A DNA stretch of 64,000 bases from a virus (Duplodnaviria; Caudoviricetes). The notes beneath the pieces are model-generated. The model had not been told where the DNA came from and made no database searches. It was given only the letters and a program-made list of their open reading frames with translations. The DNA lies in the IMG/VR virus record IMGVR_UViG_3300025715_000017, positions 25,718 through 89,717 of that record; one strand, 5' to 3'. Shown piece after piece: positions 1-10,857 of this stretch. Within the stretch, counting starts at the first letter, position 1; the number at the start of each line of letters is the position of its first letter. Made by a program: the position numbers and the translations under genes.

Positions 1-2
1 CA

Positions 3-3000
3 CATACGATACGGGCTATTACAGATATTGCTGGTACTGTTTTAAATGGCACATTAATAGGTGGACAGTTTGAAGAGGTCAATATTGGTGGTACAAAATA
101 TCCGCGAAACAACCTCGCATTAATGGATTTGAGTGCCGGTACACTTAGCACCACTACACTAAACGTTACAGGTACTGGTGCAATTGTACACTGTATCACA
201 GATCAGTATAGGTTAGGTGGTATATTCACATCTGTAAATGGTGAGACAAGAAACAATGCTGCACGAATTAACCCTAATAATGACACTCCTATACATGGTC
301 AATATCTATATGCGTATAATCCCGATGTCACAGGTACAGTCTACGCGATTGCTGAGATGGTAGAGGGTGGCAGTGTACCACGTGATGCGCGTGTACTGGT
401 AGGTGGCAACTTTACTGAAGTTGGTACATATACTCGTAACAACATTGCCATGACACATACAGGTAATCTCGTCTATAATGGTTTACGCTTCGAGCCAACT
501 ATTAATAGATATACCATAGAGTATACTAACACTGATAGTCATGCTAATTTTGTGGGTAATACTTTACAAACAGTAGATCATGGCGAAGATGGTGAAGTCA
601 TTACAGCCACACCAGATACAGGCTATCAATTATCTACATGGTCAGATTACGAGTATGTTGATCCTATTGAAACTACTCGACAAGATCTTAATGTTACTGG
701 AGATATATCTGTAGACCTTATTACAATGGTTCGGCAAATCGTACTTTGGTATGCACCAGGGTTAAATGCTTCTATTACAGGTGATAAGGTACAACTTGTC
801 AATTATGGTGGTAATGGTACTGCTATAACAGTAGTGCCCGCGCCACATTGTAATTTTGTGCGTTGGTCTGATAGCAATACGGATAATCCTAGACAAGATC
901 TTGCTGTAACGAGTAATGTACTTGTATCTGCTGTGTGTGAATTGGATACATTCACTCTGACATATGCTGCGGATGCTAATGGAGAGATTGATGGCAATAC
1001 ACCACAAATAGTATCTTATGGTAGCGATGGTACATATGTACAAGCTATTTCAATTTCTACGCTTTGGGTTTTTGATAGCTGGTCTGATGGTAACACAGAT
1101 AATCCACGTATAGATGTATCTGTCACGGATGACATTACTGTTACTGCGAATTTTGTAGCAGCAAAATATGCAATATCTGGCACTGTTGGAGTAGAAAATG
1201 TTAAAATTGATCTAAGTGATGGGCAATTCACGTATTCTGATAGCTCTGGTTACTTTTTATTCGATGCAGTTGAAGTTGGTGAAATTACAATTACACCAAC
1301 TAAACTTGGTTTTAATTTTACACCAACTAGTAAAACCATTAATCTTGTACAGGATTATACGGGTTTCGAGTTCCTTACGGACACATCCGTTGCTAAAGTA
1401 TTGGTACGGCCAATAAATAGTAAGATGCTAATTGGTGGAGATTTCACTGAAGTTAATGGCTACCCCCAAAGTCAGTTAGCAAGATTTATACCTACAGATC
1501 TATTTGAGTTTTCTTTTAGCCCAATATTGCCTAGCAGCTGCAAAGATTTTCTGATCCAGTCAGACGGTAAAATTATGGTACTTTGTGAGGACTCTGTGCT
1601 ACGGCTTAATACTGATGGTACTGCCGATGGTACTTTCACTACAGCTACTTTGAACGGATTAGGTGAGTGTCTTGGTATACAGACTGATGGCAAGATCATT
1701 ATTGGTGGTGCATTTACCACAGTGAATGGTGTTACACGTAACCATGTTGCACGGTTAAATACAGATGGTACTCTTGATATTGCATTCAATCCTGATATCA
1801 ATGGGGACTGTTATGCACTTGTAGTACGTCCAAATGATCGGATTATTATTGGTGGTGCTTTCACCACAGTAAGTGGATCCATTAGAAATTATATTGCTAG
1901 ACTTGATTCTAATGGTGTTTTAGATGGCACATTTAATCAAAGTCTAAATGGTGCCTGTAGAATCATTACTCTACAGAATACCATAGACCATGCAAACTGG
2001 ATGGTAATTGCTGGTGACTTCACTGAAATTGCTGGCGAGGCTAGACAGTATGTTGCTAGATTAGACGCAGATGGCGAACTTGATGCTAGCTTTGCCCCCG
2101 TACTTGATGCTCCTGTATTATCTATTTGTGTCAAGGTTGATGATACTATATTAATTGGTGGCGAATTTACAACTGTTGATACTGAACTGCATGGTCATAT
2201 TGCACAATTTCTTGCTGTTGGCACACTTGATGACTCTTTTGTTACTTATTGTAATGATAATGTTACAAGCATTGCTGTACGTGAAAGTGATGACAAGATC
2301 ATTATTTGCGGTGATTTTGATTATGTCAATAGTAAAAGCACAAATAATAATGTTCGTCTTAACAGTGATGGTACACTGGATCAAGGCGTTTACTTCGAGC
2401 CTGAATATATAACATTCACCTGTACATACACTGCTGAAGATGGTGGAATGATTGTTGGCGTGACACCACAAACAGTAGAAATTTATAATGATTGTTCTAC
2501 CGTTGAAGCATTACCCTATAACAATGCTACTTTTGATGGCTGGAGTGATGGAGTATTAACGGCACAGCGTACTGATGAAAATATAACTGAAAATATAACT
2601 GTTACTGCGCAGTTTACACTCTATTATACCATACAATATGCTACCTCTATAGGCGGTACCATTGATGGAACAACTTTACAGCTCATTGCAAGTGGTAATT
2701 CTGGTACAGAAGTTATAGCATTGGCTGATCCATTATATGTATTTAGTCACTGGTCTGATGGTAATACTTCAATTACACGTACTGATGGCAACGTACTTGC
2801 TGATGCTACATATACGGCTAATTTCGTATTGCTTGCAGATCAGTACACCATACAGGGTAATGTTGAAGTTACAGATGCTAGTATCACTGTAACAGGGGAT
2901 GACACACTCACATCTATTACTGATGGTAATTTTCAAGCAGCAGTAAGCTCAGGTACGAAAGTATTTACACCCACGCATACACAGTATGATTTTACACCAG

Positions 3001-6000
3001 TAAACGCCTCGCGTAATATACAAAATTCGTTATATGCTTGGAGGCATCAGTTTGCTGGCATAACTAATTACTATGCAATTTTTGCAGTTGGGCACATCGC
3101 TGATGTTACAGTTATTGGTGGTAACTTTCGATTTGTTAATGGTAATCTCAGAACAAGTTTAGCATTTTTCGATTCTACGGGTATGCTACTTGATATTCCC
3201 TTGGTCCTAACTTATGAAGATTCACCTGAAAAAGATGTTGTTATTACCTCATTATATTATTCACCAGCTATTAATAGTCTATTTATTGGCGGTGAATTTA
3301 CGCATGTTCAAGATGGCACTGCAAAATATGCTCGACGTAATCTAGTGCAAATTGATTTAGATTATAAGGTCACATCTTTCGATGCGGGTATTACCATAGT
3401 ACCACGATGTATACATGAATCTGGTCTAGCAGTTTTTCCGCTTGGTGATCTCACTGATGGTTTGCAGTATTATAACAAGATTACTGGTGCTTTGATGGGT
3501 TCAGTACCTGCTTGTAATGGTACAGTGTATACAATTACACGATCTACAATAAGTGGCAAGCATAATTTATTTTTTGGCGGCGATTTTACTGTGATAAATG
3601 GTCAAACACAGAATAAAATTTGTCGTGCTTATTTAGATAATACAACCTTGACTATAGCCACTAATTTTGCCCCAACAGCAGTTGATGGCACAGTACGCGC
3701 ATTATGCCTCGATGCTAATGGCTATCTTTGGGTCGGTCGGCAAACCTCTAATTATTTACGTGTACTTAATATTAGTACAGGGGGAAATGCACCATATACC
3801 TTAGAACAACCAACACATGCTGTTTTTAATTTGCATCTCAAGGATGATACTATCTTTGCGGGACAAACACCTTATACTTTAACAGGTGGTATTAAAGATG
3901 ATCCTTTATCTTTCAGCTCGGCAGCTATAATCTATGCAAGTGATGATCCTGATATTACTGGGTTAGGGTATGCAACAGATATTCTTGGAGGTAAATTTAC
4001 CTCAACGAATGGGCATACACGATATGGTGTTTGTCGTTTAGGCGCAACTTACAATACGCTATATGAGGGCTTGAAGTTTCTTGCAGCACCGAAACAATTT
4101 ACTCTAACTTATACTGTTGATGCTAATGGCACACTTGATACTGGAGTGCTTGAAGTAGAACAGCAAGTTGATTATGGCTCTACTGGTGTTGCTGTTACGC
4201 CTACTGGTAATACTGGTTATTCTTTTGCTTGCTGGAGTGATAATGCTTCTGTACTTGGAGAAGTTGCGATACTGGCAGCAGAAGGTGCTACTACTGTAGA
4301 GTTTACTGGCTCAGTTGAAAGTGGATTGGTTCGTTTTGGGATTAGTGAAGTCATCTATCTCATTGTGTCTGCTGATCCAATTAGCCATACCATTGAACTG
4401 TGTCAATACTATGACAGAGAAGCAGGTTTAGTTGAAGAGATTGCTGCTGGTATAGAAATTCATCAAGTCAACTCACAAAATCCACGCATAGACGAGAATG
4501 TTACTGATGACTTAGCAGTTACAGCCTTCTTTGGGCTTATAGAATATATAATGAAATATACCGCAGGTGCTAATGGTACTTTAACCTGTGCGGGCGAAAC
4601 TGGCTTAACCGAAGTTCAACAAAATGTGCTACATGATAGCACTGCTGATATGGTCACAGCAGTTCCTGATTTTGGATATGATTTTGTTGGTTGGGATGAT
4701 GGTGTATTCACGAATGCTCGTACTGATCTATCCGCCAATATTAATGTTACAGCATATTTTGCTACTGGTCAATGGCTAGTAAGTTATCTTGCTTCTGAAG
4801 GTGGCACTATTGAAGGTGATACTTCTCAGATAATTACGCATGGCTCTGATGGCTCAAAAGTCACAGCGGTTGCTAATACTGGATGGCATTTTGTAAACTG
4901 GAGTGATGCTTCCGAAGTTGCAGAACGTCAAGAAATAAACGTCACAGAGAGCATGGCATTTACTGCAACTTTTGAAAGAGACTCATATACTTTAACTTAC
5001 GCCACTGACAATTATGGCACACTTATTGGCGAAACCACACAGACAGTATTGTATGATGACAGTGGTACAGCAGTAACAGCAGTACCAATAGATCATTATA
5101 CTTTTTTGGAGTGGTCAGATGAACGTACTGATAATCCACGCATAGATGCCAATGTCACTGAAGATGTAGAAGTCACTGCAAGATATACCGAAGCTAAGTA
5201 CACCATTACTTATCGTGTAAGTGATTCTGATGCTGGCTTACTCTATTTGTATGAAGATGCTACTTGGGTTGCTTATCCTGATGGGATTACATTAACTGAT
5301 ATAGAATATGGCAGTAGCACTGAAATTTCAAAAGTTAAGGTGGAAGTACTTAATCCTGATTATACTTTTGTACAATGGGATGATGGCGTACTTACATCCG
5401 AGAGATATGAGTCTGATGTTGATGCTGATAAAGAGATCATTGCAGTTCTACAATACAAGATTTGTTCCATAAGTTACCTCACTGATGAAAATTGTACAGT
5501 GTCAGTGGATCAATCTACTTGGTTAGATTCCATTCAAGATACTTTGAATAGTGGTGAAGATGGTCCTGTAATCTATGTGCAGGCTAAACCTGGATTAAAT
5601 TTCATAGGTTGGAGTGATGGCAATGCTAATAATCCTCGGCAAGATCTAAATATCCACTTAGACCTATTAGTTACTGCCCTTGCTTCTGAATCTGGTTATC
5701 TCAAGATTCGTTGTGTTACTAATGATGATGCAGCAAATGAACAAGAAGTTGGCGTGGATGTAGAACCCCGCAAGTCAGGTCGCTGGAGAATTGCTGGCGA
5801 GACATCTTATTGGCGAGAATATGGCATTTTTTATGCCGTGCCTATAGGCGAAGTAACTGTCGAGTGTGATAATGTTAATGGGTTTATTACACCAGCTATA
5901 GAACATATAGATATTGTCACTACGGGTACTTATCAAACTTGTGATATTGAATACACTAGGTCAGTCTATACAATTAGTGGGAATATCCATGATTCTGAAG

Positions 6001-9000
6001 ATATTGGACAAGCAAATGTAGATATACTAGATGCTGATGATATTTTAATTGCAAGTACCGATGTTAATGGTGATTATACTGTATCTATAGATGCAGGCAC
6101 AACTATAATCTTACGCCCTACTTATGGTGGTTGGAGTTTCCATCCCGAAACACGTAGATTTGATGCTCTTGCTGAAAATATGACTGGACAAGATTATATC
6201 TGCGAAGAGAGTGGCGTTAGCATAACTTATACTGTGTCTTTGCAATCTGGTGGTGGTGGCTCTGTAGTTGGTGCAGGTACATATGCAGCAGGTACAGAAG
6301 TTGTTATTAATGCCCTACCTGATACTGGATATGACTTTGTGGAATGGCGATATGTTAGTACGGGTGTACAATATGGAACTGATGCTGAAAATACTTTTGC
6401 ATTGAACTACAATATTTCTTTACAAGCCATATTCACTACCGCAGTATACACTGTTACGGCCAGTGCAGGATCAGGCGGGACACTTACTTGTGCAACTTCA
6501 CAAGATATATCTTATAATACCATGTGCATAGTTTCATGCACATCAAATACTGGATATACATTTACAGGATGGTACGATGAGAATGAAGTTCGTAAATCTC
6601 TGCAAACCACTTATAGTTTTGCAGTTATGCAAGATGTGACACTAGAAGCACGGTTTGTACTTACAGAAAGCATACCCCCTGAAGATACACATGGCGATAT
6701 AGTTGGACTTATGACTGATGAGATGGGCATAGATGGTCTACTCACTATTGGTAATAATGTTGATGAGCCTACTGGTATAGCTTTAGGTATTTGGCGAGCC
6801 AATGATACAGATAGTTATCCATTAGATGAGTGGTATCTTGCTATTACTGATGAGCATATCGCTACTCAACGTGGTTTATTCAACGCGCCATCAGATCAGA
6901 CTATTCATATTGCTTTTGGTGAAACCACAGAAATTCCCACATTACAGGGCACTACTTTAGAGTATACTTCGGCAGAAATTGGGACACTTAATGCAGCAAC
7001 ACTAAATGCAAATATAGCTGAAGTTACTAATCTCACTGTGTCTGGTATCGCTTCTTTCTTACATGGTTCGGATATGTATACAGACTCATTATTTTCCACA
7101 GGCTATATTCATGTCGGACAAGATAATACTTATGATAAGCGTATTGGTGCAATTCGATATACAGGAGCATTACAAGCGGAAGTAATTGAAGTTAATGGCA
7201 CAAGTATCACGTTTGATCAGAATTTTGGTAATATTATTGGTGCGCCTTTAATTTATCGTGGTGCTGCAACTGAATTTACTATTCAAAGTGGATCAGATGA
7301 TACTTTCATACTCAATTCTGCCGGACAACTTGGTGAGTGTATTATACTTATTGCTGGTGATTGGGAAGGTTGGAATGGCACTGAATGGGTTTCATTTACA
7401 TCTTCTGGTGGAGAGGATGGTTCTGGTTTACCCCCAGTTTCTGGTGATAATAAATTTCTTGTATCTGGAAATGATGATTGGACCATCAAAACACTTGAAG
7501 ATGTACAAGCACTTATTGGCGAGGGTTTACCCATACCAGAGGCAGCAGGTAATTTACTTTTATCCACTGAGGACGCATGGGATCAAGTAGACGCTGAAAG
7601 TATACTTCCAGATATCATGGAAGATAATAGCTTTATGGTTTCTGATACAGGTAGTTGGGCCGCCAAAACTATTAGTGAAACTAGAATAATTCTAGGCATA
7701 ACTTATACACATACATTGATAACCATCGCAGATGTTCAAAAAATTGGAAACGATCTTGACTTTCCACTTGACGGTGACTATGTACTTGGTGGAGATATTA
7801 CAGCAAGTGAAACTCTAACATGGAATGGGGGGTTAGGTTTTGATCCAATAGGTGATAATGCAACGCCATTTACAGGCACATTTGATGGTGCTGGATATAC
7901 CATTTCTGGTTTGTTTATTAATAGACCCTTAGAAGATTATGTTGGGCTATTTGGTGCATCATCAGGAAGGATTTCTAATGTTAATATGTCTGGAGCAGTT
8001 ATTACTGGTAGAGATCATTGTGGTCTTCTCGCAGGCTTCAATAATGGCACTATTATAAATTGTTCTGTAGCTGGTATAATGACAGCTACTACTAATGTGG
8101 GTGGTCTAACTGGACGAAATGCAGTATTAGGTGGAATCATTTCAGACTGTTATACTAATGTGCTAGTTACAGGTGATACGAGATCTGGTGGTTTAATTGG
8201 ACAAAATGGTGGTACAGTTACAAAATGTCATGCTATTGGCAAGGTTATTGGATCAGTATCGACTGCTGGTGGATTAATTGGTTTAGTTACTCAAGGGTCA
8301 ATAACAAATTGTATTGCTGAAGGTGCAGTATCTTGCCCTGATTGGGCTGGTGGACTTATTGGTCGCAATCATACTGGAATAACAGAAAATTGTTATTCTA
8401 TTGGCCTAGTTACATCAGTTGGAATAGCAGGTGGTCTAATTGGCGAGAGTACTGGTATAACCACTTCATCTTATTATAATACAGAAACTAGTGGGCAGAT
8501 TGATAATAGTGGTAAGGGTGTGCCCAAAACAACTGCGCAAATGTATAAAACTGCAACTTATATTGATTGGGATTTCTTAACTATTTGGAGTATTACTGAA
8601 GGTGTTTCATACCCTTCTTTGACTCCTACAAATCCAATTATTTATATTTCCAGTATAGAAGAGTTGCAAAAGATAGGTACTGATCCTGAGTATCCTTTGA
8701 ACTCGCATTACGAGTTATTAAATGACATTGATGCAAGTGCTACTCATGAATGGGTAAATAATTTTACCCCTATAGGGTATCCAGAAAATATATTCAGTGG
8801 TAGCTTGAATGGCAATGGGCATGTTATTAGTAATCTCAAAGTTGGTCATATGCTGTCTAGTTATTTCGGAGATTATTTAATCTATTATAATACTGGGACT
8901 GTTAAGAATCTAAAATTGATAAGCACCATTGGTGGACTAGTTAATGAAAATCATGGATTGATCCAATCATGCTCTATTCAATGCACATTTGAGTCGAGTA

Positions 9001-9701
9001 TTCCCGCTTTGGGTGGTCTAGTTAGATATAACACAGGAACTATCTGGAATTGTTGTGCAAATATTCAAGTTGAAATGGACCTTCAAGACGTAGATATTGG
9101 CGGTCTTATTGGCATAAATTATGGCTCAATTGTAGATTCTTATGCTATTGGTAACATTGAAAGTAATCTTCCAGCAACAAGCATGGGTGGTTTAATTGGT
9201 CAGAATACTGGTAGTATTATAAATTGTTATAGTCTAGTCCACGTTAATAATTATGGTGGACTTGCCGAGGCGAGTGGTCTAGTTGGAGTAAATCAGGAAA
9301 ATGGTGCTATTACGAATTGTTATGCTGCGGGGCTTGTTGAAGGCAATTTCAAATATGGCATCACACAGGGTAGTGGAACTGTAACAGACTGTTTTTATGA
9401 TGGTGATACTACGACTTGTACAGATGGTGATCCACAAACTACTGATGAGATGTACACTGAAGCCACGTTTCTTAACTGGGATTTTGCAGATACATGGAAA
9501 ATTCTGGGAGGTATTGGTTATCCCAAGTTGACGTGGCAAGATGATGATATTGAATTGGATCTTAATGGCGCGGTCATATTTGGTGACCGTGATACAGATG
9601 GTTCTTGGTGTATTAAACGGGATCAAGGTGATCTTGTTTTTGCAAAACGCATTGGTGGTGTTTGGGTGGTTAGTGAAACCATATTAGCGCCAGGTGCATA
9701 A
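3..9701 (+). CDS. Giant multidomain adhesin-like virion protein (5' partial): delta-60/DUF5122-type beta-propellers, ~13 divergent InlB B-repeat-like domains, tail-fibre-like linkers, GLUG-repeat C-terminal region
   Basis: Frame is open from base 3 (HTIRAITDIAG...LIGGQFEEV...RNNLALMDLSAG), so the true start lies upstream of the window. Motifs: DGKIIIGGAFTTVNG..R..ARLN.DG.LD blades; YTLTY.A..NG...WSD...NPR.D repeats; VGGLIG.N.G.I.NCY repeats. It lies in the structural gene block. Confidence 0.85.
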   Translation, partial: HTIRAITDIAGTVLNGTLIGGQFEEVNIGGTKYPRNNLALMDLSAGTLSTTTLNVTGTGAIVHCITDQYRLGGIFTSVNGETRNNAARINPNNDTPIHGQYLYAYNPDVTGTVYAIAEMVEGGSVPRDARVLVGGNFTEVGTYTRNNIAMTHTGNLVYNGLRFEPTINRYTIEYTNTDSHANFVGNTLQTVDHGEDGEVITATPDTGYQLSTWSDYEYVDPIETTRQDLNVTGDISVDLITMVRQIVLWYAPGLNASITGDKVQLVNYGGNGTAITVVPAPHCNFVRWSDSNTDNPRQDLAVTSNVLVSAVCELDTFTLTYAADANGEIDGNTPQIVSYGSDGTYVQAISISTLWVFDSWSDGNTDNPRIDVSVTDDITVTANFVAAKYAISGTVGVENVKIDLSDGQFTYSDSSGYFLFDAVEVGEITITPTKLGFNFTPTSKTINLVQDYTGFEFLTDTSVAKVLVRPINSKMLIGGDFTEVNGYPQSQLARFIPTDLFEFSFSPILPSSCKDFLIQSDGKIMVLCEDSVLRLNTDGTADGTFTTATLNGLGECLGIQTDGKIIIGGAFTTVNGVTRNHVARLNTDGTLDIAFNPDINGDCYALVVRPNDRIIIGGAFTTVSGSIRNYIARLDSNGVLDGTFNQSLNGACRIITLQNTIDHANWMVIAGDFTEIAGEARQYVARLDADGELDASFAPVLDAPVLSICVKVDDTILIGGEFTTVDTELHGHIAQFLAVGTLDDSFVTYCNDNVTSIAVRESDDKIIICGDFDYVNSKSTNNNVRLNSDGTLDQGVYFEPEYITFTCTYTAEDGGMIVGVTPQTVEIYNDCSTVEALPYNNATFDGWSDGVLTAQRTDENITENITVTAQFTLYYTIQYATSIGGTIDGTTLQLIASGNSGTEVIALADPLYVFSHWSDGNTSITRTDGNVLADATYTANFVLLADQYTIQGNVEVTDASITVTGDDTLTSITDGNFQAAVSSGTKVFTPTHTQYDFTPVNASRNIQNSLYAWRHQFAGITNYYAIFAVGHIADVTVIGGNFRFVNGNLRTSLAFFDSTGMLLDIPLVLTYEDSPEKDVVITSLYYSPAINSLFIGGEFTHVQDGTAKYARRNLVQIDLDYKVTSFDAGITIVPRCIHESGLAVFPLGDLTDGLQYYNKITGALMGSVPACNGTVYTITRSTISGKHNLFFGGDFTVINGQTQNKICRAYLDNTTLTIATNFAPTAVDGTVRALCLDANGYLWVGRQTSNYLRVLNISTGGNAPYTLEQPTHAVFNLHLKDDTIFAGQTPYTLTGGIKDDPLSFSSAAIIYASDDPDITGLGYATDILGGKFTSTNGHTRYGVCRLGATYNTLYEGLKFLAAPKQFTLTYTVDANGTLDTGVLEVEQQVDYGSTGVAVTPTGNTGYSFACWSDNASVLGEVAILAAEGATTVEFTGSVESGLVRFGISEVIYLIVSADPISHTIELCQYYDREAGLVEEIAAGIEIHQVNSQNPRIDENVTDDLAVTAFFGLIEYIMKYTAGANGTLTCAGETGLTEVQQNVLHDSTADMVTAVPDFGYDFVGWDDGVFTNARTDLSANINVTAYFATGQWLVSYLASEGGTIEGDTSQIITHGSDGSKVTAVANTGWHFVNWSDASEVAERQEINVTESMAFTATFERDSYTLTYATDNYGTLIGETTQTVLYDDSGTAVTAVPIDHYTFLEWSDERTDNPRIDANVTEDVEVTARYTEAKYTITYRVSDSDAGLLYLYEDATWVAYPDGITLTDIEYGSSTEISKVKVEVLNPDYTFVQWDDGVLTSERYESDVDADKEIIAVLQYKICSISYLTDENCTVSVDQSTWLDSIQDTLNSGEDGPVIYVQAKPGLNFIGWSDGNANNPRQDLNIHLDLLVTALASESGYLKIRCVTNDDAANEQEVGVDVEPRKSGRWRIAGETSYWREYGIFYAVPIGEVTVECDNVNGFITPAIEHIDIVTTGTYQTCDIEYTRSVYTISGNIHDSEDIGQANVDILDADDILIASTDVNGDYTVSIDAGTTIILRPTYGGWSFHPETRRFDALAENMTGQDYICEESGVSITYTVSLQSGGGGSVVGAGTYAAGTEVVINALPDTGYDFVEWRYVSTGVQYGTDAENTFALNYNISLQAIFTTAVYTVTASAGSGGTLTCATSQDISYNTMCIVSCTSNTGYTFTGWYDENEVRKSLQTTYSFAVMQDVTLEARFVLTESIPPEDTHGDIVGLMTDEMGIDGLLTIGNNVDEPTGIALGIWRANDTDSYPLDEWYLAITDEHIATQRGLFNAPSDQTIHIAFGETTEIPTLQGTTLEYTSAEIGTLNAATLNANIAEVTNLTVSGIASFLHGSDMYTDSLFSTGYIHVGQDNTYDKRIGAIRYTGALQAEVIEVNGTSITFDQNFGNIIGAPLIYRGAATEFTIQSGSDDTFILNSAGQLGECIILIAGDWEGWNGTEWVSFTSSGGEDGSGLPPVSGDNKFLVSGNDDWTIKTLEDVQALIGEGLPIPEAAGNLLLSTEDAWDQVDAESILPDIMEDNSFMVSDTGSWAAKTISETRIILGITYTHTLITIADVQKIGNDLDFPLDGDYVLGGDITASETLTWNGGLGFDPIGDNATPFTGTFDGAGYTISGLFINRPLEDYVGLFGASSGRISNVNMSGAVITGRDHCGLLAGFNNGTIINCSVAGIMTATTNVGGLTGRNAVLGGIISDCYTNVLVTGDTRSGGLIGQNGGTVTKCHAIGKVIGSVSTAGGLIGLVTQGSITNCIAEGAVSCPDWAGGLIGRNHTGITENCYSIGLVTSVGIAGGLIGESTGITTSSYYNTETSGQIDNSGKGVPKTTAQMYKTATYIDWDFLTIWSITEGVSYPSLTPTNPIIYISSIEELQKIGTDPEYPLNSHYELLNDIDASATHEWVNNFTPIGYPENIFSGSLNGNGHVISNLKVGHMLSSYFGDYLIYYNTGTVKNLKLISTIGGLVNENHGLIQSCSIQCTFESSIPALGGLVRYNTGTIWNCCANIQVEMDLQDVDIGGLIGINYGSIVDSYAIGNIESNLPATSMGGLIGQNTGSIINCYSLVHVNNYGGLAEASGLVGVNQENGAITNCYAAGLVEGNFKYGITQGSGTVTDCFYDGDTTTCTDGDPQTTDEMYTEATFLNWDFADTWKILGGIGYPKLTWQDDDIELDLNGAVIFGDRDTDGSWCIKRDQGDLVFAKRIGGVWVVSETILAPGA

Positions 9702-9712
9702 GGAGATGAAAG

Positions 9713-9985
9713 ATGAATTGGATTGAAACTTTCGTAAGCACATTTACAGACGCAGAACGCCTCGAAGATCTCACTGAAATCAGTGATCTTCTACGTGCCT
9801 TGCGTAGACAGGTGGTTAAAGACACGAATACTATGAAAAGGGTTAATGCTAGTACCATTACTGATATTGCTGATAGCGCTTCAGCATTGCGTACTAGCAT
9901 GAATGAAGGTACTTCAGGGCAGACAGATGCAATAAGAACACTTGCAACTGCGTTGTATGAGCACTTCGTACCTTCAGGAGCATAA
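9713..9985 (+). CDS. Hypothetical helical protein, structural module
   Basis: RBS AAGGAG before ATG; tightly packed in the operon. Confidence 0.7.
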   Translation: MNWIETFVSTFTDAERLEDLTEISDLLRALRRQVVKDTNTMKRVNASTITDIADSASALRTSMNEGTSGQTDAIRTLATALYEHFVPSGA

Positions 9986-9987
9986 GC

Positions 9988-10857
9988 ATGTATCCAAGAT
10001 GGTATCCAGAATTTTATGATCTCAAGGTTGAACCGTATATACTATTCAGCCAAGAGTACAATCTGTACTATCTCGGATATGGGCCAAATAATACAATGGC
10101 TCGACGGTCATACCCTGCAACAACTGGAATAGATCCTTTACATGTCTATGATTTTGCTCAGCTCAAATTCACATTTGGAGACGCACTAGGCCAGGAGCCT
10201 GATGGTGTTTTTTCAGTTTGGGATTTAGCTGGAGATCATTATAGAGTTGAAGTCAAGGATGACATTTTAGTTGTAGCAGAAACACAAGAACCTTTGCAAG
10301 AACAAGGTTTAGTTGCTGAAGACTTTCTTGCTGGGACACAGGACGATATGGGGATACCCGATGGCAAAGTTAAAATAGGCGCGGTTATGTATACTTTCTA
10401 TAATGGCGCTCCACTTACGCCGCTGGAAGTGGATGTGCCGAAGGACACACCATACAAAGTATATGCCAAAGCCTATTGCTATCAGTATGTCAATATTGAT
10501 GATGCCTCCATTTCCTTTCCCGGCTCCGCGTGGTCGCTGCGCCCTTTATCCTATCATTCCCTTATACCGCTGGGCGCAGCGGCCTATGCTGATAGTCATT
10601 GGAATCCTTGGCTCTTCCCATTACCATTTCCGCAGCATACGCATAGCAATGATGAACGTGTTATTAAGGATAATGGTTGGGTATCTTTAATGATGGTGCC
10701 AAGTATGCAATATGATCGTGACAAGCATTATTGGGAAAATACTTTTCCAATGGCTCACGACATCAATACACCATTGCATAGGGGCTTCATCCGAAATGAT
10801 CCTTTGGTTGTGAAATTGCGTAAGTCTTATCGAGTGCATTGTGAGAATCACGTATGA
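9988..10857 (+). CDS. Hypothetical protein, probable virion/tail component
   Basis: 289 aa ORF; ATGA overlap with the next gene. Confidence 0.7.
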   Translation: MYPRWYPEFYDLKVEPYILFSQEYNLYYLGYGPNNTMARRSYPATTGIDPLHVYDFAQLKFTFGDALGQEPDGVFSVWDLAGDHYRVEVKDDILVVAETQEPLQEQGLVAEDFLAGTQDDMGIPDGKVKIGAVMYTFYNGAPLTPLEVDVPKDTPYKVYAKAYCYQYVNIDDASISFPGSAWSLRPLSYHSLIPLGAAAYADSHWNPWLFPLPFPQHTHSNDERVIKDNGWVSLMMVPSMQYDRDKHYWENTFPMAHDINTPLHRGFIRNDPLVVKLRKSYRVHCENHV

